Source of the DNA: Candidatus Obscuribacteraceae bacterium
Lineage (GTDB): Bacteria > Cyanobacteriota > Vampirovibrionia > Obscuribacterales > Obscuribacteraceae
NCBI GenBank assembly: GCA_044229845.1
Contig: JBGASG010000012.1
Location: 63,538-127,537, forward strand
Direction of reading: 5' to 3'
DNA length: 64,000 nt
The notes under the pieces are model-generated. The model made no database searches. It was not told the origin of the DNA and saw nothing but the letters and a program-made list of their open reading frames with translations. The position numbers and the translations under genes were made by a program. Below, in pieces: positions 29,711 through 39,974 of the stretch (position 1 is the stretch's first letter; each line of letters opens with the position of its first letter).

Positions 29711-30499
29711 CTACCCGAGTTGCTGGAGGCGTACGCCTGATACGCCCTTCTCGATGATACGCGCGATCAGTTGCACAATGTAGGCTCCCGCTTCGGCGGC
29801 GGGCGTGCCCCGTTCGTGGATATTGGAGACAACGGTGCGGTCGGAGCTGATTGTTTGCGGACCGGGATTGAGTGTGATGTACGCGCTCAAACCCACCCCG
29901 GAAGAGAGTCCGGGTCGTTCGCCGATCAAGTTGACGACGACGCGCGCGCCCAATGCATGCGCAATCGGGTCAGCAACCGCCACCCGTCCATAACGCACGA
30001 CCACGGGCTTGCCGACGGTCAGCTGAGAAAGCGCCAGTCCGTCACGCAACATCGGCAGCAGTTCGCGCACATTGGCTTCCACTGCGGCGGCGCTCAGTCC
30101 ATCGCTAATGACGACCTGCACGTCCTGACCACCGGGACAACATTTTTTCAACTCTTCCAGGGTCGATTCGGCAACCCTTTTTCCCAGCGGCGGATTGAGG
30201 ACAAACTCCTGCCGCGAGTCGACCAGACTCTGCACAACCGGAAACTGGCTGCGGCGGGCAAACTCCAGAAATTCGTCGGAGAGCTCGCTGTGCACGGCGT
30301 CGCGAGCAACAGCATGATCGGCGCGAAACTGCAGCCAGGCTTGTGTCAGGGGCCGGCAACCAGCCCGCCAGACAGCTACGCGGGCGGGAGTGGTCTCCAA
30401 AAGGGCCGGCAATACATCACCCTCTGCGGCTGACGGTATGGCTGTTTTTGTGGGAGATTCTGGATACACGCCGATACAGGTTACACTATCTGCTTCCAT
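29711..30499 (-). CDS. eutC: Ethanolamine ammonia-lyase small subunit
   Basis: TPARV..RAG.RP, FRADHAVARDAV, ISDGLS, GRVAVAD, LIGERPGLSS, RTVVSNIH. Confidence 0.93.
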   Translation of the reverse strand: MEADSVTCIGVYPESPTKTAIPSAAEGDVLPALLETTPARVAVWRAGCRPLTQAWLQFRADHAVARDAVHSELSDEFLEFARRSQFPVVQSLVDSRQEFVLNPPLGKRVAESTLEELKKCCPGGQDVQVVISDGLSAAAVEANVRELLPMLRDGLALSQLTVGKPVVVRYGRVAVADPIAHALGARVVVNLIGERPGLSSGVGLSAYITLNPGPQTISSDRTVVSNIHERGTPAAEAGAYIVQLIARIIEKGVSGVRLQQLG

Positions 30500-30528
30500 T
30501 CAGATCGTTCGCAAGCGGCACAGCAGTC

Positions 30529-31923
30529 ATGAGCTATTCCCAAACCTGTCAGGGTCAGACCTTCGTATTCGGCTCGGTCAAAGAAGTCTTGGCCAAAGCC
30601 AACGAAGAAAAATCGGGCGACAAGCTGGCCGGTATTGCAGCTGCCTCCGAGCTGGAACGCGTGGCGGCCAAAGCCGTGCTCGCCGAACTGACCTTGAGCG
30701 AATTGCGCAATCAGCCTGTGATTGCACCGGAGGAAGACGAGGTTTCGCGCCTGATCGACGAAAAGCTGGATGCGCAAATCTGGCAACGCATCAAAGGCTG
30801 GACTGTCGCCGAACTGCGAGAGTTCCTTTTGGGCGGTACCGAATCGGAGACACTCAATTGCCGCACCATCGGTGCCGGCTTGACCGGCGAGATGGCGGCC
30901 GCTGTCGCAAAGCTGATGTCGAATATGGATCTGGTGCGGGCAGCCAAAAAATGCCGAGTGGTGGCAAAAGCCAATACAACACTGGGGCTCGATGGAGTTC
31001 TCGGCGCCCGCTTGCAACCCAATCACCCGGCCGACTCGCAGCAGGGCATTTTGACTTCCATCTATGAAGGCCTCTCCTACGGCGTCGGTGACGCCGTCAT
31101 CGGAATCAATCCCGCTTACGACGATGCCGAGTCTGTAGAGCGACTGCTGCACACCACCGACGAACTGATCAGAGCGCTGGGCGTACCGACGCAGAACTGC
31201 ATTTTGAGTCACGTGACCACGCAGATGAAAGCCATCGAACGCGGCGCACCAGCCGGACTGATTTTTCAGAGCATCGCCGGCTGTCAGCAAGGCAATACCG
31301 CATTTGGTATCACGCTCGACATGCTGAAAGAGGCGTGGCAACTGGGCAAAGACAAGTGCTACAACGCCGGAGAGCGTTGCATGTATTTCGAAACCGGCCA
31401 GGGTTCCGAGCTGTCTTCCAACACGCACAACGGCGCCGATCAGCTGACACTGGAAGCTCGTTGCTATGCAATGGCGCGCCATTTCCAACCGTTTCTCGTC
31501 AACGACGTGGTCGGCTTTATCGGACCGGAATACCTGGCTGACGGTCGGCAAATGATCCGCGCCGGTCTCGAGGATCATTTCATGGGCAAGCTTCTTGGGC
31601 TGCCCATGGGCATCGACGCTTGTTATACCAATCACATGGATGCCGATCAAAACGATCTGGAAAACCTGACGGTGCTCCTGGTGGCAGCCGGCGTCAATTA
31701 CTTCATGGGCGTGCCGATGGGTGACGACGTTATGTTGTCCTATCAGACCACCAGCTTCCACGACATCGCCTGCTTGCGAGAATTGATGGGCTGCCGTCCG
31801 GCTCCCGAATTCGAGCAATGGCTGGAAGAAAACGGCATTATGGAGGACGGCAGGCTGACCGCTCTAGCCGGCGATCTCACTTATGTACACAGCTTGCGTA
31901 AGGCGAAAGCCGGCAAGCACTGA
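30529..31923 (+). CDS. eutB: Ethanolamine ammonia-lyase large subunit
   Basis: KANEEKSGD, RLQPNHP, GDAVIGINP, FQSIAG, YFETGQGS, VVGFIGPEYL, LEDHFMGKL, CYTNH. Start set to ATG 30529. Confidence 0.96.
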   Translation: MSYSQTCQGQTFVFGSVKEVLAKANEEKSGDKLAGIAAASELERVAAKAVLAELTLSELRNQPVIAPEEDEVSRLIDEKLDAQIWQRIKGWTVAELREFLLGGTESETLNCRTIGAGLTGEMAAAVAKLMSNMDLVRAAKKCRVVAKANTTLGLDGVLGARLQPNHPADSQQGILTSIYEGLSYGVGDAVIGINPAYDDAESVERLLHTTDELIRALGVPTQNCILSHVTTQMKAIERGAPAGLIFQSIAGCQQGNTAFGITLDMLKEAWQLGKDKCYNAGERCMYFETGQGSELSSNTHNGADQLTLEARCYAMARHFQPFLVNDVVGFIGPEYLADGRQMIRAGLEDHFMGKLLGLPMGIDACYTNHMDADQNDLENLTVLLVAAGVNYFMGVPMGDDVMLSYQTTSFHDIACLRELMGCRPAPEFEQWLEENGIMEDGRLTALAGDLTYVHSLRKAKAGKH

Positions 31924-32118
31924 GGCGAGCACCGTATCTGGTGCCCAGCCCTGCATGCAGTATTTTGAACGTCTTATAGATCAGGTAGAGATCTTCTCAG
32001 ACCACCGTCGTGTTGACTGTACGGGGCCTATCGCCTAAGATAATTATTAGCTCGCGTTAATGTTGACCACCTTCGCGCCCCCGTCGCTCTCAGAAACAGC
32101 CGTCGCTGGAGGATATCT

Positions 32119-34152
32119 GTGCGTAGCCGCACCCGCACCTGCACCCCCACCAAGCGCCAGGGCAGACCGCCACTCGCGCAACGAACCCCTACGGGCAACA
32201 CGCTCGCCCTGATAGGCGTCACCACACTCGTGTTCGTGATTGTCATAGCGCTCGTCTTGCTCTACATGTCCATGGTGCGTTCGGACACCGAGCACAAGAC
32301 GGCCATCGAAGCCGCGGCCATCGCCGCCGCTAAAGACGTCAGTCGCATCGCTGTCGATACCGACGAATGGGGTTGGGTCAGCCTCACCGAACAGCCTCCA
32401 ATCGCCACCCAGACACGGGCACCAGACCAGTATTTCACGGAAGTCCACTCCATCAACGAGTTGATGGCAACCGCACGCAACAATGCAATCATCGCGGCCG
32501 CGCTGGGCGATCCGTTCATGCAAGCTTTATCCAATCAGGACGTCAACAATGTGAAGACCGCCAACACGACGCTGGTCACGGTCATCAATGGTGCGCTGAG
32601 CGGCGGATCTGCGCAGGATGCTTTCGGTAACACAGTCAACCCGTTAGCCGACGCTCAACAGGCTTATCTGAAAGACCAGGCCAAAGGATCGACATATGTA
32701 GCAGGATCGCTCCAGCTGACTCTAGGCGGCATTCAGGGCGGTATCCCGACGGGCATTCAAATCCCCAACCCACCATCAAAAGCCGCTTGCACCGGTCTGG
32801 AGGCCGAAGGCTTCTACATGTCGGACACCGACATCCCATTTAACGGCACCAGCTATGTCTTCGGCTCAGTGGGCAAGCGCGTGGCTCTGTGCAACATCAA
32901 CAAATTCAGCACCAACGTCACGGGCATCCCCTACCAGATGCCTGCCGTCGTGCGAGCAGTGGCAACCCAGCAGTTCTCCGATCAGGGTAAAACCTGGCAG
33001 ACGACTTTTACGGCGTGCGCATGCGCAGGCGCTCTCGACATTCCGCGTCCGAATCCCGGCGCTCTCACCGTCAGTTTTCCTGATGGTCCGATGCCTGAGA
33101 TCACCAAGATTTCCGACACCTGGACCTACGGACAGCTGAACACCAGCTGCCCGATGGATTTGTACACGTCGGTGGGCGGTGACTTCATAGTTAGCGGATC
33201 GCTGGGACCGTATCCTGGGCAGGCGTCGATCCCCTGGACCCTGGGTAACCCTCCGCAAGCTTCGGAAGTTTGTAAGCTAGCGGTCTATGACTGGCTGCGC
33301 TGCGGCGGTTCGCACGTCAACGTAGACGATGCTGTCCAGATGATTACCAAGCAGGGCTTCGCTCCTCCGAGCAAAACTACCACTTCGTGGATTTCTACCA
33401 GCATCGCCGATCCGACCCAGGTCGTCACAGTCGGCTCGGTGCCCCAGGGTGTGATGCACATCTTCACGATCCAGAAAGACGGTTCGATTAACTACAAGAC
33501 TGCCGACATCAAACCTGCACCATATACGGTGATAGGCGAAGGACAGATTTATGCAGAGCTACAAGACATGGGTGATATCACAAGTTCGGTGGCGAAATGG
33601 AGAGCGGACAATATCCAGCTTCCCGTCATCAAAGGTATGCCCACCAGCGGTTCGGTAGAAGGGCAGCAGATGTACGATCTCTACGTGCGCGACCTGTGCC
33701 GTCACCTCGGGAAACAAAAGGGTGGGCGGCACGCCGGCGAACGAATGGATGGTAATCCGCAAATCGGATACAACTACACGCTCTACGGCTGGCAAGCCGA
33801 GATCGACAACGGCGAGGAATACGACTATGGCGCCGGCAGCATAGCCGGCGGTGAAGCACCGCCGAATGGACCAAGCGGCAACAACAACGGCAACGGCAAC
33901 GGCACTCACGGCTCGAGCGCCGGCGGCGGCGTGCCACCCATGATCACCCGGCAAGATGATTTTGCTTCATCCAACCTGCCGAAACCATCGTTCTACACAT
34001 ACAGTCAGGGACCGGGCAGCAACGGGCAGCGTCCGTGCTATACAAAAACCGGACTGGCAGCAGACATTCGTTTTCGGCGCCTTCTAAACGTAGGCGATCT
34101 AGACTTCTTGATTGGCGGCAACGATTTCGGTTACATCGGCGAAATGCGTTGA
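32119..34152 (+). CDS. Large prepilin-like/TadG-like protein, paralog 3 (Gly/Asn-rich insert)
   Basis: TG|NTLAL + TM, EHKTAIEAAAIAAA, family motifs; insert GEAPPNGPSGNNNGNGNGTHG. Start uncertain. Confidence 0.75.
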   Translation: MRSRTRTCTPTKRQGRPPLAQRTPTGNTLALIGVTTLVFVIVIALVLLYMSMVRSDTEHKTAIEAAAIAAAKDVSRIAVDTDEWGWVSLTEQPPIATQTRAPDQYFTEVHSINELMATARNNAIIAAALGDPFMQALSNQDVNNVKTANTTLVTVINGALSGGSAQDAFGNTVNPLADAQQAYLKDQAKGSTYVAGSLQLTLGGIQGGIPTGIQIPNPPSKAACTGLEAEGFYMSDTDIPFNGTSYVFGSVGKRVALCNINKFSTNVTGIPYQMPAVVRAVATQQFSDQGKTWQTTFTACACAGALDIPRPNPGALTVSFPDGPMPEITKISDTWTYGQLNTSCPMDLYTSVGGDFIVSGSLGPYPGQASIPWTLGNPPQASEVCKLAVYDWLRCGGSHVNVDDAVQMITKQGFAPPSKTTTSWISTSIADPTQVVTVGSVPQGVMHIFTIQKDGSINYKTADIKPAPYTVIGEGQIYAELQDMGDITSSVAKWRADNIQLPVIKGMPTSGSVEGQQMYDLYVRDLCRHLGKQKGGRHAGERMDGNPQIGYNYTLYGWQAEIDNGEEYDYGAGSIAGGEAPPNGPSGNNNGNGNGTHGSSAGGGVPPMITRQDDFASSNLPKPSFYTYSQGPGSNGQRPCYTKTGLAADIRFRRLLNVGDLDFLIGGNDFGYIGEMR

Positions 34153-34287
34153 TCCTCTTATTGTGTGCAGATTTCGTGCAGATAACGGCCGCGGCATTGA
34201 CCGCAGACGTTGTGTGACATAGGATCGAAATGGTGTCACGCGCAATCGTTCACATCTAATCTGCATTCCCTCCCGGGAGGCTCTGTC

Positions 34288-36369
34288 ATGCTTATCAGAC
34301 ACAGCCGAGGCAACACACTGGCCATGGTGGCAGCGGTCACGGTAATTGGACTTCTGGTGATCATCTTCGCGCTGCTGTACATGTCGATGGTGCGGTCGGG
34401 CACCGAACATAAGACCGCCATCGAATCCGCAGCCATCGCCGCTGCCAAAGACATTTCCAGAATAGTGGTCGACAGCCCCGAGTGCGGCCTTGTCGGTTTG
34501 ACTAATCAGGCCGCAATCTACAGCGATACCACAGCACCGGATGAGTACTATCAAGAGGTGCACAGCATCAACGAATTGATAGCGACAGCTCGCCTTGGTT
34601 TCATCCTCGCAAATGAGATCGGCGATGCGGACGGTTTCTTGAAAGCGCTTGCTCAACAAGATCTGGACAATGCCAAAGCCGCCAACGCCGAACTGACCGC
34701 TGAGTTGCAGGCGGCGCTGGCTGGAGGCACTACCTCCAAAGATTCGGCGGGTAATACAGTCACGCCGTACGCCAGTGCCCAGGCGGCTTACATGAAGAAC
34801 CAGGCCAAAGGTTCCTCTTATGTGGCCAACTCGCTGGTGCTCACTCTCGGTGGCATTCAGGGCGGAATGCCCACCAGCACCAAGGTGCCGCAGCCTATGT
34901 CGAAAGGAGCCGTGGCAGGAAAAGAGGCCGAAGGCTTTTACATGTCCGACACGAACATTCCATACAACGGCACAGATTTCGTCTTCGGTTCAGTTACCAA
35001 ACGTGTGTCGCTGTGCACCGTCAACAACTTTCAGACCAATATCGCTGGCCTCCCGTATCAGGTACCGTCTGTGGTGCGCGCTCAGGCTAGACAACAGTTT
35101 CAAGACCAGGGCAAAACCTGGCAAGTTGATTACGCCGCCTGCGCCAGCGCTGGTTCCGTCGAACCGCAGCGTCCTGCACCGGGTGCACTGACATTCAGCT
35201 TTCCCGATGGCGGGTTGCCGGAATTGTCCAAGCCTGGCGATGTAATTGGTTACAACGGGATGGCTGCCTGCACGATGGATCTCTACACATCAGTCGATGG
35301 CGACTTCATTCTAGAGCCGGGTTCGTCTCTGGAGGTGTATCCATACACGGTTCCTTTTATCAACAACCCGCCCACCGCCGCGGAATGTGCCAAGCTGGCG
35401 CTTCACGACTGGCTGCGGTGCGGCGGCAGCAAAGTTAATATCGATGAAGTCCTCAATATGTTGAACACCGATTGGGCAAACCAGGGTCCGGACATTCTCT
35501 GGAGAGCCATGGACCCCGAGCACCCGCCGGCATTACTCACGATCGGCAACATACCGCGCGGCATTATGCACATCTACACAATCGAGCAGGACGGCAGTAT
35601 CACGTACAAGCATGTGGAGATCAAACCGTCGCCCTACACTTGCGTTGGTGAAGGACAACTGTATGCCGAGATCAACGAAGGTCAGTCGGTGCCCAGCAAG
35701 GTGGCTCTCTGGAAGTTGAACGGCGTTAAGTATCCAGACGTAAACGGAAACTTGCAAGTCGGCAATATTGCCGGTTTACAGGCTTTCGACGTGTATGTGC
35801 GCGACCAGGCTCGTAACATCGGCGACGTGAGAGGCGGACAGCATGCCGGCGATCGCATGGACGGCAACCCGCAAATCTCGTTTAATTCAGACCGTCGCCA
35901 TGACTTCGATGATGCCAGCCCCTGGGGAGTCTATACCGATTACGGGCGCGGTGCATTCGCCGGCGGAGAAGCCAACCACGGAAACGGCAACAATGGGCAC
36001 CACAACGGCCATCACAGCAACAACGGTGGCAGCCATGGCAACAACGGCAACCATGGCGGCAACAACAACGGACACAATGGCACAAGCGGCAACGGTCACC
36101 ACAGCGGCAGCCATGCCAGCGCCAGCGGCACCACCGGCAGCGGTGAGGGCATACCGCCTATGATCACGCGCCAGGACGACTTTGCATCCTCCAATCTACC
36201 CCTTCCCGACTATGTCTCCTACACGTATGGCAGTGGTGGTCAGCCTCGCCCCGCCTACACCAAAAACGGTCTGGCAGCCGATATCAGATTTCGCCGCCAG
36301 CTGGACGCCGGCGACCTTGATTTTTTGATCGGCGGCCACGATTTGGGATATGTGGGCGAGATGTGGTGA
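34288..36369 (+). CDS. Large prepilin-like/TadG-like protein, paralog 4 (His/Asn/Gly-rich insert)
   Basis: gggagg RBS before ATG 34288; RG|NTLAM + TM; family motifs; tandem with paralog 3. Confidence 0.75.
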   Translation: MLIRHSRGNTLAMVAAVTVIGLLVIIFALLYMSMVRSGTEHKTAIESAAIAAAKDISRIVVDSPECGLVGLTNQAAIYSDTTAPDEYYQEVHSINELIATARLGFILANEIGDADGFLKALAQQDLDNAKAANAELTAELQAALAGGTTSKDSAGNTVTPYASAQAAYMKNQAKGSSYVANSLVLTLGGIQGGMPTSTKVPQPMSKGAVAGKEAEGFYMSDTNIPYNGTDFVFGSVTKRVSLCTVNNFQTNIAGLPYQVPSVVRAQARQQFQDQGKTWQVDYAACASAGSVEPQRPAPGALTFSFPDGGLPELSKPGDVIGYNGMAACTMDLYTSVDGDFILEPGSSLEVYPYTVPFINNPPTAAECAKLALHDWLRCGGSKVNIDEVLNMLNTDWANQGPDILWRAMDPEHPPALLTIGNIPRGIMHIYTIEQDGSITYKHVEIKPSPYTCVGEGQLYAEINEGQSVPSKVALWKLNGVKYPDVNGNLQVGNIAGLQAFDVYVRDQARNIGDVRGGQHAGDRMDGNPQISFNSDRRHDFDDASPWGVYTDYGRGAFAGGEANHGNGNNGHHNGHHSNNGGSHGNNGNHGGNNNGHNGTSGNGHHSGSHASASGTTGSGEGIPPMITRQDDFASSNLPLPDYVSYTYGSGGQPRPAYTKNGLAADIRFRRQLDAGDLDFLIGGHDLGYVGEMW

Positions 36370-36435
36370 AATCGGGTATAACCCGCTTTGACTCACTCGG
36401 TTTGAAATGGTTTGGGGTATCGGAGGACTTTTTCC

Positions 36436-37707
36436 GTGCGCATCACATCTAATGTCGCCAGATTGGGCATTGGCTACCTTTTAGCGGCCAGCTTTTGCAT
36501 TTCTCCATCATGGGCGCTAACCAACCAGGACGTGGTCTACGCCATTAAAAAAGCAGGAATCTTGGGAGCGAATGTAGGCGTCACAGCTCGTGTCGACAAC
36601 GACAAGGTAGCGGTCGCTACATATCGCAACTCCAAGAACAACGACAAAGACACAAAGATCGATGCCGCCATGATCGCCAAGACGGTTGCCGATCTCGGCG
36701 GAGACGACATTGTGCGTGTGACCATATACTTCTACGGGTCCGACATGTCATCCTATGACGAAGTCTCGCTCACCAAGGGCGACATCAAGGCATTCGGCTC
36801 AGGTCAGATGAGCAAGGATGAGTTCCTCTCCTCCATGGCCGTCAACCACGGCAAGCAAGAGACCGGCGCTGACCGCGTCACTCGCAGATTGGAGGGCACC
36901 ACCGTCGGCGCCAAGCAATACAAAGTGGCTATCGCAACACCGGAAGCGGTGGACATCAGCGTTGAACAAAATTCCTGGGTGCCGGATGAAGAGGTCAAAC
37001 TGGAAGCGTTGCAAATCGCGATGAGCTCTCAGTCTGCCCTGCCGCCTGAAGCAACGAAAGTGAAAGTGTCTTTCATGGATCCGGAAGGAAAATCGGAAGT
37101 CAGAGAAGTCACCTTCAACAAGTCGGATTTGACGTCGATCTGGAAAGGCGTGCAGTCAAGCCTCGAATCAGCCACCTTCGCCAAGAAATCGGCGCCCGTC
37201 GAAGTGGGCAACCTGACGGTGGCACTGGGACCGCACCGCGAAGAACGCGAGCGCCTTCTCGCCCAACTTAAAGAGCTGGACAAATTGGGCGTCGGCATCG
37301 TGCCTTTTATTCGCGCATTCCAGTCTATCGAGGCCAATCTCAATTCATTGAGCGACGCGGCTCTGGTTGATGCAATCCAGAAACTGAGCATGTCTCTCTC
37401 CGATCAGGAGAAGGCTTTTAAAGCCGCCAAAGCAGCCAAGCCGACGAAGACCGCCGCTAAGGGTCCGGCGGCACCAGCAAAAGTTGGTCGCTGGGCGGCT
37501 ACCGGTCAGGAGCCTGTGATTCCCGGTGAAGTTCTGGCCAATCCGGATCAGCTGGTCAGCCGCTTTGAAGCCAAACTGGGCGGACACGATCCGAAGTTTG
37601 TGAACGTGCTCGATCAGGTCTCCGACATTCTGCGCAAAAACAATCGCGCCGGCGAAGCAGCCAAATTCGAACAACGCGCGGCGCAACTGCGCGCCACGAT
37701 CAGATAG
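36436..37707 (+). CDS. Secreted/periplasmic hypothetical protein
   Basis: ggagg RBS before GTG 36436; signal peptide ending SWA; about 423 aa; follows paralog 4 co-directionally. Confidence 0.75.
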   Translation: MRITSNVARLGIGYLLAASFCISPSWALTNQDVVYAIKKAGILGANVGVTARVDNDKVAVATYRNSKNNDKDTKIDAAMIAKTVADLGGDDIVRVTIYFYGSDMSSYDEVSLTKGDIKAFGSGQMSKDEFLSSMAVNHGKQETGADRVTRRLEGTTVGAKQYKVAIATPEAVDISVEQNSWVPDEEVKLEALQIAMSSQSALPPEATKVKVSFMDPEGKSEVREVTFNKSDLTSIWKGVQSSLESATFAKKSAPVEVGNLTVALGPHREERERLLAQLKELDKLGVGIVPFIRAFQSIEANLNSLSDAALVDAIQKLSMSLSDQEKAFKAAKAAKPTKTAAKGPAAPAKVGRWAATGQEPVIPGEVLANPDQLVSRFEAKLGGHDPKFVNVLDQVSDILRKNNRAGEAAKFEQRAAQLRATIR

Positions 37708-38401
37708 GCTCAACGACCACACGGCTAAACGCTTCTTTGATGCCGTCCTCGGCTGAAACCTGATTGCGGGCATGTTTCGTAATCTCGTCATAAGCGCGTG
37801 ACACCGCTTCCGCTACGTCGGCTGTGGCCGCTCGATACTGGGCGCAGATTTGCTGCGCCGCTTGTTTCTTGGCGGCACCGATGGCTGCTTGACGGTCTCC
37901 ACCTTTGCCGGTGAACTTTTTTCCGATCACGGCCTGGCATGCCTTTTTTGCCGCCGATTCGGCGCGTTGATCATAGATACGCCGGCAGATCTCAACGTGC
38001 CCTTTCTCATGCTCCTGCGTATGTTTGCGTTTACCACAAGCGCTATCTACATCTAGCGAGAGCTCCATGCCGACGCTGCGGACGCTCACAGTAACTTGCG
38101 TTTCCTTGCCGCCGGATTCGCTGGCTGATACCAGATCGCATTTTAGCCGCGGACGGCAATGGAAAAACCATTTCGTCATGCCTCGATAGCGCTCTCCGCC
38201 CGTCCCCTGAAACCGTTTTTCATCCCCTGGGACGTCTTGCCATTTGGCCGCCATCGGCAACTTTGTAATAGTCACCACGGGCGATGCCGTCCCTGGTGCG
38301 CTGGACCAGGCACCGTCGCCTGCCAGAGCCGCAGTTGCCAGGGCAAGTACAACTGCAACTGCGCTCGCCGCCATTTTCTCTTTCTGCTTCGGATTCGCCA
38401 C
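37700..38401 (-). CDS. Secreted putative zinc metallopeptidase (DUF922-like)
   Basis: Signal-like AVAVVLALATAALA; HEKGH motif; C-terminal AYDEITKH. Start may be ATG 38374. Confidence 0.6.
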   Translation of the reverse strand: MANPKQKEKMAASAVAVVLALATAALAGDGAWSSAPGTASPVVTITKLPMAAKWQDVPGDEKRFQGTGGERYRGMTKWFFHCRPRLKCDLVSASESGGKETQVTVSVRSVGMELSLDVDSACGKRKHTQEHEKGHVEICRRIYDQRAESAAKKACQAVIGKKFTGKGGDRQAAIGAAKKQAAQQICAQYRAATADVAEAVSRAYDEITKHARNQVSAEDGIKEAFSRVVVEPI

Positions 38402-38424
38402 AAGCGCCAGGGTATAAGGGGATC

Positions 38425-39057
38425 ATGCTACGTTCCCAATTATCCCTCATTCCCCTGGTCTATCTGACAGCTTTGTTGTCAGTCTTCGCAGCGATTGCGC
38501 TCACACCCATGGGTCCGCCCAGAAACGCTGACGGCAGACCGCTGAGCTCCGCCGGCCAACCACTTCCCTTAAGCACCGCCGAAAAATTCAGCAACGCGGC
38601 CTGGCAACGTGCCGGCAACAACATCGCCGCCTGTTGCAGTGTGCGCGCCTACGACCGCGCCCTGCCGCTCCTGGAAAAACGGCTGACCACCACTGATTAC
38701 GATGATGTCACCTTCATGGGCAACTTCTATCGTGACTGGTGCCACTGGGAGGACGCGGTCAGCTATTACGAGATGGCCTTGAAAATAGCCGAAGGCAAAG
38801 AGGACCAAAAGCAAATCGCCATCGCGCTCAACAACCTGGGTCTCGTCTACTTCCTGGAAGGCAACACGTTCTCCGGCGAAGCCGAGCGCAAGAAGACATT
38901 CGATCAGTCCGAGGTTTCCTTCAACCGCGCTTTGCCGCTCGCCAAGCAGTCCGGCGACACTGCGTTGAGCCAGACCATACAGGAAAACTACAAAATGGTG
39001 CTTCTGGAAAATGGCAAAACTCAAGAAGCCGGCAAGCTGTCCACCGTGTTCAACTGA
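38425..39057 (+). CDS. Small membrane-anchored TPR protein, copy 2
   Basis: aagggg RBS before ATG 38425; N-terminal TM; IALNNLG; paralog of 23449-24009. Confidence 0.78.
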   Translation: MLRSQLSLIPLVYLTALLSVFAAIALTPMGPPRNADGRPLSSAGQPLPLSTAEKFSNAAWQRAGNNIAACCSVRAYDRALPLLEKRLTTTDYDDVTFMGNFYRDWCHWEDAVSYYEMALKIAEGKEDQKQIAIALNNLGLVYFLEGNTFSGEAERKKTFDQSEVSFNRALPLAKQSGDTALSQTIQENYKMVLLENGKTQEAGKLSTVFN

Positions 39058-39974
39058 GGTTCCCGCGGCTGACCGCGTTTACCGATCAACCTGTCTAACA
39101 GCCACTGCAGATGCTGCGGATCGACAAACAGTATATAGCTTGACATCATCAGTGTTTCGAACTGGGGAATGTTCATCGTCAGCTCGATGCCGGCATGCAA
39201 TAGCAATCCCAGAGCGAGCACATAGTAACGAAGCTCCTTGACCCAGACAAGCGTAAACATGGCGGTTTCGGCAAAGAGCGTGCCCCACGTCAGTACTTTG
39301 GAGAACCAGATGCTGGTGAGAAGAAACGGCAGCTGCACGCGGTAGAACTCGCGCAGCTGCAGCACGTAATAAACCGTGGTGCCGTCCAGCCACGGCGCGC
39401 CGAAACTCTTGGCTAAAACGCTATGCAAGTAAACCGCACAGATTTGCAGTTGCATCAATCGCTGAGCCCAGATAGCAAACTCTGTCTGGGTCGCCGCCAC
39501 ACCGGCTCGTTTCTTCAACCAGGCATCGACCGACAGGCTGGAGCCGCAGTGCGAAAACATCAGGTAGATGCCCATCATGCGCATCAAACCATCGCCGGAA
39601 TTGAGGATAATCAAATTGCGATTGTGCAACGAGACGAGCATCACGCAGAGCACAACCGCGCTGGTGCGCGAGCAAAAACCAATCGTCAGCGTGATTGCAG
39701 CGATCGCCAACAAGGCGAAAACCGCGTAAACACTGGACTCTGTTTGCGGCAGCCAGAACAACAGTGAGAAACGCTCCGAGCCCAACCACTCTCGATAAGG
39801 TTGCATCGAAAGCATGCCGTTGGGCAGGTACCAGGTCATCAAATCGGGATAGATCAACACGCAGAAAAAGAGCACATGCAATCCGTACAGGATGCGAAAA
39901 ATGCAGGTCGGCAGCGGCGAGCGCAGTTCGAACCAGAAGTGGTTCCAGGCAGCGAGGATGTCCGCCAGTTTCAC
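39021..39974 (-). CDS. HTTM domain (SdpB/VKGC-like) membrane protein, copy 2
   Basis: WNHFWF, HNRNLIILNSGD, LQICAVY, WLDG, LTWGTL, MNIPQF; colinear with 23956-24906. Confidence 0.88.
   Translation of the reverse strand: MKLADILAAWNHFWFELRSPLPTCIFRILYGLHVLFFCVLIYPDLMTWYLPNGMLSMQPYREWLGSERFSLLFWLPQTESSVYAVFALLAIAAITLTIGFCSRTSAVVLCVMLVSLHNRNLIILNSGDGLMRMMGIYLMFSHCGSSLSVDAWLKKRAGVAATQTEFAIWAQRLMQLQICAVYLHSVLAKSFGAPWLDGTTVYYVLQLREFYRVQLPFLLTSIWFSKVLTWGTLFAETAMFTLVWVKELRYYVLALGLLLHAGIELTMNIPQFETLMMSSYILFVDPQHLQWLLDRLIGKRGQPREPQLNTVDSLPAS

Noticed and set aside
30481..31818. 445-aa minus-strand ORF
   Set aside because: Antisense shadow of eutB.
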